Source: Mobula birostris
Lineage: Eukaryota
Direction of reading: 5' to 3'
DNA: 64,000 nucleotides
Assembly (NCBI RefSeq): GCF_030028105.1
Contig: NC_092396.1
Span: 24,431,474-24,495,473, forward strand
The notes beneath the pieces are model-generated. The model was not told where the DNA came from. It made no database searches and saw only the letters and a list, made by a program, of their open reading frames with translations. The translations under genes and the position numbers were made by a program. Shown here one piece after another: positions 26,127-39,830 of the stretch; within the stretch, counting starts at the first letter, position 1; each line of letters starts with the position of its first letter.

Positions 26127-26252
26127 TCACAACCTCCTGTAAATGTAGTAAGTCAGGGACATGGTGGTTAGTAGGAGTAACATTCCACAGCATACTCGAA
26201 TCACCATGTTTTCTGGCTCTTCCTTCTCGGCGTAGCGCTCCACGAAACCAGA
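26127..26252 (-). CDS. bcl2l16: bcl2l16 / Bcl-wav coding exon 2 (SGFVERYAEKEEPENMVIRVCCGMLLLLTTMSLTYYIYRRL*)
   Basis: Acceptor tctttctttctcag|TCT in phase 0 completes BH2 (GGW|SGF), the typical Bcl-2 family intron position; hydrophobic C-terminal TM helix followed by RR; TGA at 26129-26127. Confidence 0.9.
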   Translation of the reverse strand, partial: SGFVERYAEKEEPENMVIRVCCGMLLLLTTMSLTYYIYRRL

Positions 26253-26470
26253 CTGAGAAAGAAAGAAGACAGCGTGGTTTGAACTTTAAACACTTGGATC
26301 ATGTGTTACTGATAACATTGTACAGCCGGAAGCTCAGCGAAACCTCAAGCCGGCAATGACACCAGCTTGTCAGTTTTTGATGCTGTTAGTTCAAGGTCTA
26401 TTGGTAACCAGGAAATCTCAAGATTTTGTTCAGATAGTGTCAGAGAATTTTTAACATTTGCCTGTTTTCT

Positions 26471-26504
26471 GTCCTGACGAAGGGTATCGACCTGAAATGT
26501 CGAC
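26471..26504 (+). ncRNA. Minimal type-I hammerhead ribozyme motif
   Basis: gtc-CTGACGA-AGGgtatcgaCCT-GAAA-tGTC-gac; stem I gtc/gac and stem II AGG/CCT can pair. Confidence 0.6.
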
Positions 26505-29035
26505 TGCACCTCTTCCTACAGATGCTGCCTGGCCTGCTGCGTTCACCAGCAACTTTGATGTGTGTTGGTTCTGTGAGACCTGTTTCTTTAGCATTTCAGC
26601 CAAAGACCTCTGGTGCTTTGCTTTGAATTAAAAGCAATTGTGTCTCCCCATGTTGGGTATATTTCCATCAGCTGAGGGTTCGGAGGATTAGGTATCAGTG
26701 GCTTTGGTTACATCTTTGCCCAGACTCTGTTTCAACCATTCAGAGTGGTGTGACTCCTGCAACTGTCGGGACGGTGTTCCCTCCCTCTTTACAGTTGATC
26801 CTGTGATTTGGGAAAGAGGATGTCCATATAATAAGATTACATTCAAATAACTACATCCCAAGAGACTGAGGTCTCCTTCGGTTTTTGTGATGTCTCTAAC
26901 CACTAAAAATAACTGAGATGTACCTGAGGGGGGACATCTTCACTCAGACGGTGGCGCAAGTGCAGAACAAGCTGCCAGCAGAAATGGTGGGTGTGGATTT
27001 GATGGCAACGTTTAAGCATAGTTTGGGTAAGTACGTGGATTGGAAAGGTGTGGAACTCCAGGTGCTGGGCGATGGGACGAGGCACAGTTTTGAATCTGGC
27101 GTGGCCCAGATGGGTTAAAGGGTCTTGTTTCTGTGCTGAGGTGCTCCATGACTCTGTATCAGGCCAACGGGACCTTGCAGAGTGACCGGTCGACATGGTC
27201 TGGATTAGATGTCTCTCTCTCTCTCTCTCTCTGTGCTGTAGTGCTCCTTGATTCTCCAACTCTATCTGTTTTGTTCTAAACCACCCTTCACCTTCCAACC
27301 TTTCACCTGCAAACTTCATTTTGTTTGTGTCTGCAGCAGCACTTCACCCGTATGCAATGTACAGTGAAGCAAAAACCTTTTAAACGTATAGAGCTGCTGC
27401 CCAACAGGTAATCGGTTCAGGGTGAAAGGTGAAATGTTGAAGGGGAGCATGGGAGGGAACTTCTTCACTCAGAGGGTGGTGAGAATGTGGAACGAGCTTC
27501 CAGCACAAGTGGTAGATGTAGGGTTCATTTCAACGTTTAAGAGAAATTTGGATCGGTACATGGATTTAAGAGAAGTTTGAGTAGGTCCTGTAAATGGGTG
27601 AGATGTGGGCTATGGTCTGGGTGTGAGTAGATGGGACTAGGCAGGAGAAACAAGACAGCATAAAATAGATGGGCCAAAGGGCCTTGTTTTGTGCCAGAGT
27701 GCCCTGTGACTCATAGCATGACAGAATTATTCAGCTTTGGGACATGTTCCTCATACCACTGAGGCTGGACCCACCCCATCAACAACCCACACACACTAGT
27801 GCCATTTTATTCTCCCTTACTTTCCCATAACTTTCTCCAAATGCTAACACTCGCCTGCATAAGACCAGAATTAAGGATATCTGGCCCATCAAAACTGCTC
27901 TGACATTTCATAATGGCTGATCCAATTTTCCTCTCAGCCACAATTTCCTGCCTTCTCTTTGTATCCCTTCATGCCCTGACCAATCAAGAATCTATTATCC
28001 CTTTCATTAAATATACATAAAGACTTGGCCTCCACGGCTGCCTGTGGCAAAGAATTCCAGATTCACCACTCCCTGGCTGAAGAAATTCCACCTCATCTCT
28101 GTTCTGAAAGGACACCCCTCTATTCTGAGGCTGTGTCCCCTGGACTTAGACTCTCCCATCATAGGAAACACATGACCATCCACAATTCGATAGCTTTCAA
28201 TGAGGTCTCCCCTCATTCTTCTGAACGCTAGTGAATACAGGCCCCGAGTAGGGGCAGTTTAAAGCAGCCACTTCCTCTGCCAATGCACATGCACTCGGGA
28301 TGTGAGAGGAATCCTATAATGAGAGCGTGCAAACTCCACATGTAGCACTGGGCCCAAGGACTGAATTGGAATCGAGGCAGCGGTTCAGCGGTATGACTAC
28401 TGCCTTTAAGGATCAGGAATGCTCCTGCTGCTCGTTACTTGGAGTTGAACAGCGTGGAAACAGGCCCTTGGGAACGTGTCCCAACGTGTCCATGACGACC
28501 AAAGCTTACGTAAACTAATCCCACTTGCCTTTGATTCAGCCTAAAACTTTCCTATCCACAGACCTGACCAAATGTCTTTTAAATGTAATTATACCTGCTT
28601 CTGCTACCTCCTCCAGCAACTCACTCCGCATACCCACCACCCTCTGTGTGAAAAAAGTTGTTGCTCACGTACCCCTTAAATCTCTCGTTTCAGACTCTGC
28701 TAATCTAGGACAAATACTCGGAATATTCTTGTATATAGTGGATAGCCAGAGAAATTTGGAAATGGCCAGTACAAGGATCCATAATTTTAAGGCATTTGGG
28801 AGGTTGGAGGTAAGTTCTTTACAAAGAGAGTGGCGGGTGTGTGGAACGCCTTTCTGGGGTGGTGGTGGGGGCAGACATATTAAGGGCATTTAAGAAACTC
28901 TTAAATAGGCATTGGGGCCATAGAAAAATGGATGTCTATGAAAGAGGGAAGGGTTAGAACTGTTAGACTGATCTTGGTGTAGCTTCAAAGGTTGGTACAA
29001 CATTTTGGGCCAAAGGGCCTGTATTTTGCTTATTT

Positions 29036-29291
29036 TTTAGCGTGTCGCACCAGACAGTCAGCCATTCTTGTCTGGCCCATGGTGTCAGGATTGGTCTCCT
29101 TTCAGATTAATCGGGTCACGATAAGAACGTTCCGGACTGGACCCATTTTTTTTCACAAGGCCGAGTGGCTAGCTGGACACTCAACCCGGCACAGATGGAC
29201 AGCGTGCTTGATGGGGGGGTGGTCCGACTTGGATTCGAACTCGGGAACCTTCGCTCCAGAGTCCGGCGCTGATGCCATTGCACCACCAGCC
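29036..29291 (-). mobile_element. tRNA-derived SINE, different family
   Basis: Minus strand begins GGCTGGTGGTGCAATGG...GAGTTCGAATCC (A/B boxes), followed by a non-tRNA body. Confidence 0.65.
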
Positions 29292-29359
29292 CTATTGTGC
29301 CGTAATGTTTTATGTTCTATTCACCTCATCTATGCCCCCCTTAATTTTATATACCTCTG

Positions 29360-30130
29360 CAACACAAATACAATGCTGGATGAGCTCAGCAGGTCAGCCT
29401 ACGTCTATGGAAATAGTTGGGCTGAGACCCCTCTTCAGGACTGGAGAAGAAGACAGAATAAGAAGGTGAGGGAGAGGTAGAAATACGAGCTGGTAGGTGA
29501 TGTGGGGAAGACGCTAGAATAAAAAGGTGGGGGGAGGGGAAGGAGGCCAGACAGAAGACGATAGGTGAAGCTACATGGGTGGGAAAGGTAACGGGCTGTA
29601 GTGGAAGGAATCTCATAGGAGTGGACCGTAGGAGAGGGGACCCGAGGGGGCGGAGTGATAGGCAGGTGAGAAAAGGTAAAAGGCCAGAGAGGGGAAGAGA
29701 AGAAGAGGGGAGGGGGAGGCAGTTTTTTTACTGGAAGGAGAAATCAATATTCATGCCATCAGGTTGGAGGCTACCCAGGCAGAATATAAGGTGTTGCTCC
29801 TCCACTCTGAGTGCGGCCCCACCTTGGCACAACAGGAGGCCATGGACCGACATGTCGAAACAGGAATGGGAATTGGAATTGAAATGTTTGGGCACCGGGA
29901 AGTTCTGGTTTTGGCAGATGGAGCAGAGGTGCCTGAATGGAGAGGCCCCCCAATTTACAACGTCTCACCGATGTACAGGAGGCCACATCGGGAGCACCAG
30001 ACACAATAGACGACCCCAGCAGGTTCACAGGTGAAGTACTGCCTCACCTGGAAGGACTGTTTGGGGGGGGTCCTAAGTGGAGGTGAGAGGGGAGTGACGG
30101 GCCAGGTGTAGCACTTGGGCTTTCTGCAGG
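29360..30130 (-). mobile_element. Penelope-like element 3' part with GIY-YIG endonuclease remnant
   Basis: ORF 29955-30392 ends ...FTCEPAGVVYCVWCSRCGLLYIGET (VVY...YIG with CxxC), followed by 3'UTR and pLTR arm. Confidence 0.85.
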
Positions 30131-30312
30131 GGTGACTACCTCTATAACGTTCTCCTTCTTCTGCTCCAAGCAAAATGAAAACTTCCATTACCATCTGACA
30201 ATCTCCATCAGAAGTTATCCATGCTGTGTTATTCAGTGTTTGTACTGATATCTGATTAAAGTGTTCAGTTATGTTTCTCACACAGTGGTCTACATGAAGT
30301 CTTTGGAAGGAG

Positions 30313-30522
30313 TAAACACAAGAAATTCTGCAGATGCTGGAAATCCAGAGTAACACATACAAAATGTTGGAGGAACTCAGCAGGTCAGGCAATGTCTATA
30401 GAGGGGAATAAGGAGAGTTGACATTCCTGGCCAAGAGCCTGAACAGTTGACTCTTTAGTCCTTTCCATAGATGCTTCCTGACCTGCTGAATTGCTCCAGC
30501 ATTTTGTGTGTGCTACTTTGGA
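30313..30522. mobile_element. Palindromic head-to-head pLTR insert
   Basis: ...tgttggaggaactcagcaggtcaggcaatgtctat... is inverted against ...atagatgcttcctgacctgctgaattgctccagca... Confidence 0.65.
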
Positions 30523-31643
30523 TAAGGCGCTGCGGAGTGCCACTGAAGATTCCTGGCTACCCAGATAAGTCCTTGATTCTCGGAACTTCAGAAAAATGTA
30601 AATTTGACTGAGCTTTACAGCACGATGAAAGAATTAGTTATTGCTTCAACTGGGAGGGTCCAAGGGTTTTGCAGGGTGGGTGACAGAAACCAGAGATAAT
30701 GGGCTGTGGGTCTGCCGGCAGACTGGGACCTTCAGTCTGAGGGCCTCGGGCAATATAATGACATTGTAACAGGACCTAAGAGGTCACTAATTACGGTTGC
30801 ATAAATTGCCCGGAGTCCCCTCACTAGATTATTCATTGTAATGGTAATATTTTTGCATTCCTGCTAAAAATAACAGAGCTTCAAATATATGGGGGAAGCA
30901 TGTATTAAGTTTACTGTAGGTCATCTGCGATTAAATTGTATAGTTTAGTTTTTTTGCTGGCTTTCATTGGGCACATGACATTAGGTGGGGGCAGGAAGGG
31001 AAAGGAAAGGAGGGAAACGCCATGGAGGAAATATGGAAGTGCCGCTGTGTGGTGTAAGGAACATCAAGATTTCAGAAGGTACAAAAGAAAGTGAAGTAAA
31101 CTCCTTATGTAGCACCCACGGTACAGCAAAAATACTTGTATGCATTTCATGTTACATGTTGATACAATAGCTGCTGGGATTTGGAGCAGAGGAGCTTAGC
31201 AGGCCAGTCAGCATCTGTGGAGGGAAATAAACGGTTGACGTATTTGTTTCCGGTCCCTTCATTGGGACCCAAAATGTCGTCAGTTCACGGATACTGCTTG
31301 ACCCATTGAGTTTTCCAGCAGTTTTTAATTCAAGCTAAACTTCGTCTGATGTTGAGCTAGATTTTAAGGAGTGACATAGAAAACTGCTAATGTAGAGAAG
31401 AGCAGGAGTAGACTGTTGGCTGAAGATCCAAATTCCATACCTTATTCCTGCTTTCTTCCCGTGTCCATTGAGATCTCTGTCCTCAACAACTATATTTAAC
31501 TTTTTGAATGATTACTGTCTTCTGTGGTAGAGAGTCCTGCAGGTTTTATATTCTCTGGGTGAGAATGCTTTTTCTCATATCAGCCCTAAATAGCTTCCCC
31601 TTTATCCTTAGAGTGTGATCCCTGTTGCTGGACTCCATTTGGA

Positions 31644-32203
31644 ACATAGAAACATAGGAACATAGAAAATAGGTGCGGGAGTAGGCCATTCGGCCCTTCG
31701 AGCCTGCACCGCCATTCAGTATGATCATGGCTGATCATCCAACTCAGAACCCTGTACCTGCCTTCTCTCCGTACCCCCTGATCCCTTTAGCCACAAGGGC
31801 CATATCTAACTCCCTCTTAAATATAGCCAATGAACTGGCCTCAACTGTTTCCTGTGGCAGAGAATTCACAGATTCACCGCTCTCTGTGTGAAGAAGTTTT
31901 TCCTCATCTCGGTCCTAAAAGGCTTCCCCTTTATCCTCAAACTGTGACCCCTCATTCTGGACTTCCCCAACATCGGGAACGATCTTCCTACATCTAGCCT
32001 GTCCAATCCCTTTAGAATTTTATACATTTCAATAAGATTCCCCCTCAATCTTCTAAATTCCAGAGAGTATAAGCCTAGCCGATCCAGTCTTTCATCATAT
32101 GAAAGTCCTGCCATCCCAGGAATCAATCTGGTGAACCTTCTTTGCACTCCCTCTATGGCAAGAATGTCTTTCCTCAGATTAGGGGACCAAAACTGCTCAC
32201 AAT
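31644..32203 (-). mobile_element. 5'-truncated CR1 of the same young subfamily, nested in an older CR1 3' end (~31370-32420)
   Basis: Highly similar to 33030-33580; has its own tail at 31644-31668; the older copy resumes after 32203. Confidence 0.85.
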
Positions 32204-33120
32204 CTTTCCTACATTTAGTCTCTGCCACCCTTTTAGAACTTCGCAAGTTTCTATAAAATCCCCTCATTTTTCGAAATATTGGTGAACATAACTCTAATTG
32301 GCCAAATGTCTCTCCGTTTTCCAGAGCTGCCTTCTCCTCAGAACGTATCTCCTCAGGTAAGGGGATCAAATCTGCACACAATACTCAGGTTGTTGTCTCC
32401 TCAAGGCCCTGTACAGAATGATGCGTAAAAACAAGAATGGTCAGGATAGGAAACTTTCTTCCCTTGGGCCATTAGGCTTCTGAGCTCCCTGCCGCATTGT
32501 ATTCAAAGTGTCACCGGATAATCTGTTCTGTACCTTATAAGGAGCGGTGTCTCAGAAAGGCAGCGTCCATTATTAAGGACCCCCAGCACTTAAGGCATGC
32601 CTTTTCTCACTGTTACCATCAGGTAGGAGGTACAGAAACCTGAAGGTACACACTCAGCGATTCAGGAACAGCTTCTTCCCCTCTGCCATCTGATTCCTAA
32701 ATGGACATTGAACCCATGAAAAACACCTCACTTTTTAAATATATATTATTTCTGTTTTTTGCACAATTTTTAGTCTATTCAATATATGTATACTGTAATT
32801 AATTTACTTATTATTTTTTTTCTTCTATATTATTTATTGCATTGAACTGCTGCTGTTAAGTTAACAAATTTCACGACACATGCCAGTGATAATAAACCTG
32901 ATTCTGATTCTGCACTTTAGTTCATTATTTTTGTGTGATTCATCTGTAGATTTTACCCTTACCTTCATAAGTTACTGTGTGTTATGTGTGCTCATGTGCT
33001 TTACACCCTGGTTTGGAAAAACATAGAAACATAGAAACATAGAAAATAGGTGCAGGAGTAGGCCATTCGGCCCTTCGAGACTGCACCGCCATTTATTATG
33101 ATCATGGCTGATCATCCAAC

Positions 33121-36100
33121 TCAGAACCCCGCCCCAGGCTTCCCTCCATACCCCCTGACCCCTGTAGCCACAAGGGCCAGATCTAACTCCCTCTTAAATA
33201 TAGCCAATGAACTGGCCTCAACTGTTTCCTGTGGCAAAGAATTCCACAGATTCACCACTCTCTGTGTGAAGAAGTTTTTCCTAATCTCGGTCCTAAAAGG
33301 CTTCCCCTCTATCCTCAAACTGTGGCCCCTCGTTCTGGACTTCCCCAACATCGGGAACAATCTTCCTGCATCTAGCCTGTCCAATCCCTTTAGGATCTTA
33401 TACGTTTCAATCAGATCCCCCCTCAATCTTCTAAATTCCAACGAGTACAAGCCCAGTTCATCCAGTCTTTCTTCATATGAACGTCCTGCCATCCCAGGAA
33501 TCAATCTGGTGAACCTTCTTTGTACTCCCTCTATGGCAACGATGTCTTTCCTCAGATTAGGGGACCAAAACTGCACACAATACTCCAGGTGTGGTCTCAC
33601 CAAGGCCTTGTACAACTGCAGTAGTACCTCCCTGCTCCTGTACTCGAATCCTCTCGCTATAAATGCCAGCATACCATTCGCCTTTTTCACCGCCTGCTGT
33701 ACCTGCATGCCCACTTTCAATGACTGGTGTATAATGACACCCAGGTCTCGTTGCACCTCCCCTTTTCCTAATCGGCCACCATTCAGATAATAATCTGTTT
33801 TCCTATTTTTGCCACCAAAGTGGATAACTTCACATTTATCCACATTAAATTGCATCTGCCATGAATTTGCCCACTCACCCAACCTATCCAAGTCACCCTG
33901 CATCCTCTTAGCATCCTCCTCACAGCTAACACTGCCACCCAGCTTCGTGTCATCCGCAAACTTGGAGATGCTGCATTTAATTCCCTCATCCAAGTCATTA
34001 ATATATATTGTAAACAACTGGGGTCCCAGCACTGAGCCTTGCGGTACCCCACTAGTCACCGCCTGCCATTCTGAAAAGGTCCTGTTTATTCCCACTCTTT
34101 GCTTCCTGTCTGCTAACCAACTCTCCACCCACACCAATACCTTACCCGCAATACCGTGTGCTTTAAGTTTGCACACTAATCTCCTGTGTGGGACCTTGTC
34201 AAAAGCCTTCTGAAAATCCAAATATACCACATCCACTGGTTCTCCCCTATCCACTCTACTAGTTACATCCTCAAAAAATTCTATGAGATTCGTCAGACAT
34301 GATTTTCCTTTCACAAATCCATGCTGACTTTGTCCGATCATTTCACCACTTTCCAAATGTGCTGTTATCACATCCTTGATAACTGACTCCAGCAGTTTCC
34401 CCACCACCAACGTTAGGCTAACCGGTCTATAATTCCCCGGTTTCTCTCTCCCTCCTTTTTTAAAAAGTGGGGTTACATTAGCCACCCTCCAATCCTCAGG
34501 AACTAGTCCAGAATCTAACGAGTTTTGAAAAATTATCACTAATGCATCCACTATTTCTTGGGCTACTTCCTTAAGCACCCTGGGATGCAGACCATCTGGC
34601 CCTGGGGATTTATCTGCCTTCAATCCCTTCAATTTACCTAACACCACTTCCCTACTAACATGTATTTCGCTCAGTTCCTCCATCTCACTGGACCCCCTGT
34701 CCCCTACTATTCCTGGAAGATTATTTATGTCCTCCTTAGTGAAGACAGAACCAAAGTAATTATTCAATTGGTCTGCCATGTCCTTGCTCCCCATAATCAA
34801 TTCACCTGTTTCTGTCAGCAGGGGACCTACATTTGTCTTTACCAGTCTTTTCCTTTTTACATATCTATAAAAGCTTTTACAGTCCGTTTTTATGTTTCCT
34901 GCCAGTTTTCTCTCATAATCTTTTTTCCCCTTCCTAATTAAGCCCTTTGTCCTCCTCTGCTGAACTCTGAATTTCTCCCAGTCCTCAGGTGAGCCACTTT
35001 CTCTGGCTAATTTGTATGCTTCTTCTTTGGAATTGATACTATCCCTAATTTCTCTTGTCAGCCATGGGTGCACTACCTTCCTTGATTTATTCTTTTGCCA
35101 AACTGGGATGAACAATTGTTGTAGTTCACCCATGCAACCTTTAAATGCTTGCCATTGCATATCCACCGTCAATCCTTTAAGTGTCATTTGCCAGTCTATC
35201 TTAGCTAATTCATACCTTCAAAGTTACCCCTCTTTAAGTTCAGAACCTTTGTTTCTGAATTAACTATGTCACTCTCCATCTTAATGAAGAATTCCACCAT
35301 ATTATGGTCACTCTTACCCAAGGGGCCTCTCACGACAAGATTGCTAATTAACCCTTCCTCATTGCTCAAAACCCAGTCCAGAATAGCCTGCTCTCTAGTT
35401 GGTTCCTCGACATGTTGGTTCAAAAAACCATCCCGCATACATTCCAAGAAATCCTCTTCCTCAGCACCTTTACCAATTTGGTTCACCCAATCTACATGTA
35501 GATTGAAGTCACCCAATATAACTGCTGTTCCTTTATTGCACACATTTCTAATTTCCTGTTTAATACCATCTCCGACCTCACTACTACTGTTAGGTGGCCT
35601 GTACACAACTCCCACCAGCGTCTTCTGCCCCTTAGTGTTACGCAGCTCTACCCATATCGATTCCACATCTTCCCGGCTTATGTCCTTCCTTTCTATTGCG
35701 TTAATCTCTTCTTTAACCAGCAACGCCACCCCACCTCCCCTTCCTTCATGTCTATCCCTCCTGAATATTGAATATCCCTGAACGTTGAGCTCCCATCCCT
35801 GGTCACCCTGGAGCCATGTCTCTGTGATCCCAACTATATCATAATCATTAATAACAATCTGCACTTTCAATTCATCCACCTTATTACGAATGCTCCTTGC
35901 ATTGACACACAAAGCCTTCAGGCGCTCTTTTACAACTCTCTTAGCCCTTATACAATTATGCTGAAAAGTGGCCCTTTTTAATGCTTGCCCTGGATTTGTC
36001 GGCCTGCCACTTTTACTCTTCTCCATAGTACTTTTTGTTTCTACCCTCACTTTACACCCCTCTGTCTCTCTGCACTGGTTCCCATCCCCCTGTAGTGAAC

Positions 36101-36146
36101 TAACCTCCTCACGCCTAGCCTCTTTAATTTGATTCCCACCCCCCAA
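33121..36146 (-). pseudogene. CR1 ORF2 endonuclease-reverse transcriptase, frameshifted near 35205
   Basis: ORF 35205-36146 (NARS, GITETW, VYRPP, GDFN, SDH) plus ORF 33121-35187 (688-aa RT). Confidence 0.92.
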
Positions 36147-36151
36147 CCATT

Positions 36152-36799
36152 CTAGTTTAAAGTCACCTCAGTAGCCCCCGCTAATCTCCCTGCCAGGATA
36201 TTGGTCCCCCTAGGATTCAAGTGCAACCCGTCCTTTTTGTACAGGTCACGCCTGCGCCAAAAGAGGTCGCAATGATCCAAAAACTTGAATCCCTGCCCCC
36301 TGCTCCAATCCCTCAGCCACGCATTTATCCTCCACCTCATCGCATTCCTACTCTCACTGTCGCGTGGTACAGGCAGTAATCCCGAGATTACTACCTTTGC
36401 GGTCCTTTTTGTCAACTCCCTTCCTAGCTCCCTATATTCTCCTTTCAGGACCTCATCCCTTTTCCTACCTATGTCATTGGTACCTATATGTACCACGACC
36501 TCTGGCTCCTCACCCTCCCACTTCAGGATATCTTGGACACGATCAGAAATATCCCGGACCCTGGCACCAGGGAGGCAAACTACCATCCGGGTCTCTGGAC
36601 TGCGTCCACAGAATCACCTATCTGACCCCCTTACTATCGAGTCCCCTATCACAACTGCCCTCCTCTTCCTTTCCCTACCCTTCTGAGCTACAGGGCCGGA
36701 CTCTGTGCCGGAGGCACGGCCACTGTCGTTTCCCCCGGGTAAGCTGTCCCCTCCAACAGTACTCAAACAGGAGTACCTGTTGTTAAGGGGCACAGCCAC
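36152..36799 (-). pseudogene. CR1 ORF1 (5'-truncated) with esterase domain; one premature stop at 36614-36616
   Basis: VIGDSIVR, HIGTNDIG and DGLHLN blocks; ORFs 36614-36799 and 36152-36586 are in the same frame, separated by TGA. Confidence 0.85.
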
Positions 36800-36899
36800 C
36801 GGGGTACTCCCTATTACCTGACCTTTCCCCTTCCCCCTCCTAACATTCCTATATGGATTATATGATTATATACATTACAAGCACGTATATAGTTAAACT

Positions 36900-39830
36900 C
36901 GATTGAATGTATTTCTGCAGCAAGATACTGTATCCCTGCTCCTGTACCCGACTCCCTATCCCGCGAAGCACAAGATACGATTGGCCTTCTTATTGACCTG
37001 CTGCACCTCATGTTTGCTCTCAGCGACTACTGCAGAAGGACACTGAGGTCTTGTTTCATTTTCTCGTTCCCAATCTACCACTAATAATAAACTTCCTGTA
37101 TTTTCCACCAAAGTGGATAACCTCATTATGCTACATCTGCTAAGCATTAGCCCTGTCCAAATCCTTCCGGACCCTCCCTCCAGTCTCCTTGTAGCTCATG
37201 CTCTGCCCAGCTCTGTTTACTGCAAACTTGCAGATTTTACATTTAATTCACTCATCTGAGTCATCAACGCACACTGTGAATAGTTGGATTCCAAGCACTA
37301 GTCCCTGCAGAGTTCTACTGGTCACTTGGTTAAAAAAAAGGCCCTTTAGTTTCACTCCTCGTTTCCTGTCTGTCCACCAACTCCCCGTCAATGTCAGTGC
37401 ATTAAGCTAGATCAGGTAGGCACCATGTTTGGCATGAACACTTTGTGCTGACGGACCTGTTTCCATGTTGTATAAGTGTGTTATCCCCAATCCAACAAGA
37501 TAGAGTTCAATGGGACCTCATTGAAAACCTCTTAAGACCCAAATACACCACAGCCACTAGTTCTGCTAAAGCAATTTCCATTGATCCCTGTTGAGTTAGT
37601 CTGATTGCGTCTCTAAATGCTCCACTATTACTTCTTTTATAATGGACTCTTAACATTTTCCCACTACTGCTACCAGGTTAAATGGTCCATAGTTGGCTGT
37701 TTTCCCTCTCTGTCCTTTCTTATATAGTTGAATTACATTAGCCACGTTCTGGTCTACTGGAACTCTTCCAGGGTCTATAGAACTTTGGAAAATGGCCAGA
37801 AATGCTCATATTATTTCTAGGGTTGTTTCCTTAAGTAATCTGGTATGTAGATTAACAGGCTCTGCGGATTTATCAGTCATCAATATTCAACACTAACACC
37901 ATTTCTCTACAGTATGGATTTCATTCAGATCCCACCCACCCCCCACCACTGAATCCTAGATACGTCTCCCAATATTTCTGGAAAGTTATTAATATCTCCA
38001 TTTTGAAGACAGAACCAAAGTATGCACATAACTGGTCTGCCATTTCTTTGCTTCCCAATTATAAATGACCCTGTAAGAGGTCTACACATGTTTTCAATTA
38101 TCTTTTTCTCCTCGCATTTCCACAGAAGGTTTTTACAGATAGTTCTCTTTTCTCTGTAACTTGGTCTTGTACTTTATTTTCCTTTTGTCTCCCTTGACTG
38201 AATTTTGAACTGCTCCTGCTTTTAGCTTTACTGCCTTTTCTAGACATCTTAGACTTCTCCTCCTTTGACCTAATACCACCCCTATAATGTACTACTGCTG
38301 CCACTTTTCATTTTGTAAACCATGGTTGAGTCACCTTTCCTGGTTTATTTTTATGCCAGAACCGAGTGAACAGTTGTTGAAACTTGCCCTTGTATTCCAT
38401 AAATGCGTCTCATGGCCTGTTCATTATCAAACTCATAAACTCAGAGGTTTTTTCCCAGGGCTGAAATGGCTATCACGAGAGGGCACAGTTTTAAGGTGCT
38501 TGGAAGTATGTACAGAGATGTCAGGGGTAAGTTTTTTATGCAGAGAGTGGTGAGTGCATGGAATGGGGTGGAGGCAGATACAATAGGGTATTTTAAGAGA
38601 CCCCCTGGATAGGTACATGGAGCGTCAAAAAATAGAGGGCTATGGGTAACCCTAGGCAATTTCTAAAGTAAGTACATGTTCGGCACAGCTTTGTGGGCTG
38701 AAGGACCTGTATTTTCTATGTTTCTGTGTAACGTTCTCCCAATTTATCATAGCCAATGTACACCTCATATCTTCTGAGTTTCCTTTACTTAGATTCCCCA
38801 AATGAATTCTTCTGTCCTCCTTTATAATGAAGAATTTTATCATGTTATGGTCACTCTTCCCCAAGGAACACCAGATTGTTTATTAATTAATTATCTTCAA
38901 TGAGAAATGAGATTAACAAAGTTTAGAAAGAGACTTCTGGATTTTGGTAGCTAGAAATTGCTCCATCACAGAGAGTAATTAATGGTCTCTCAAAGATGGC
39001 CCAGAATTGGACGAGCACAGTTATTTCAGAGTCATAGGCCTCTAGAAAATTTGGTAGATGGAAGAATTGGGACACAGAAGAATTTGAAAACAATGGTGAG
39101 AATTTTGAAATTATGGCAAGAGTCAATTGGGACAACAGTTGTGAGGAAATGAACTTTAGGGGGTCAAAATTGATAGGACTTGCTGAAGAAATGGCAGTGG
39201 CCTGAAGTGCATCGATGTATAGAGACACCATGGTTGCAAGTCCATAGCTCTCTGAAAGGGAGCAAGGGTGGTCAGGGTGGCAAAGAAGGCATTTGGGCAC
39301 TTGCATTCATAGGATAATGCATTGAATACAAGATTTGGGACATAATCTTCAGCTGTACCAATCATTGGTTAGACTACAATTACAGTAGTAAAGTTCGGCT
39401 CACCACTCCAGATATGGTAGCAATAGAGAGAGTGCAGAAGAGACTCACCTGGAAAAGAAGGCTGTGGTTATAAGGGGAGATTCTATAAGGAGTTATTCTC
39501 ACTGGAACGTAGGAGGTTGAAGGACAATATACTTTTATAAATCTATATCATAATGGGGATAAATGGGATACTTTGTCAAAGTCTTTTTTCCCTTAGGGTT
39601 AGAGGGCACAGATTTACGTTGAGATGGAAGAAATGTAAAGGAGATCTGAGGCAGAGGATTTTCACACACACAGGGTGGTGGTAATCTGGATAAGCTGCAA
39701 GAGGGGGTGTCAGTCACAATAAGATATAAAAGGCATTTGGACAGGAAAGATGTAGAGGGATATGGGCTGAGTGTGGGCAGACGATATTAGCATAGATAGG
39801 CATCATCGTCGGTATGGATCATTGCTGAAG
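36900..39830. mobile_element. Old CR1 fragments in both orientations, with a younger CR1 3' end at 38437-38724
   Basis: QQVNKKANRILCF and GKSDHNMIKF remnants; ttctatgtttct tail. Confidence 0.6.

Larger units (their letters stand above)
33020..36835 (-). mobile_element. Near-full-length young CR1 LINE in the bcl2l16 intron
   Basis: ORF1 SGNH/GDSL esterase, ORF2 APE endonuclease + RT (GVPQGSVLGP, FADD), 3' (TTTCTATG)n tail at 33020-33046. Confidence 0.95.

Noticed and set aside
33098-35781. Plus-strand ORFs 33098-33790, 33809-34213, 34660-34941 and 35266-35781
   Set aside because: Antisense shadows of the CR1 ORF2.
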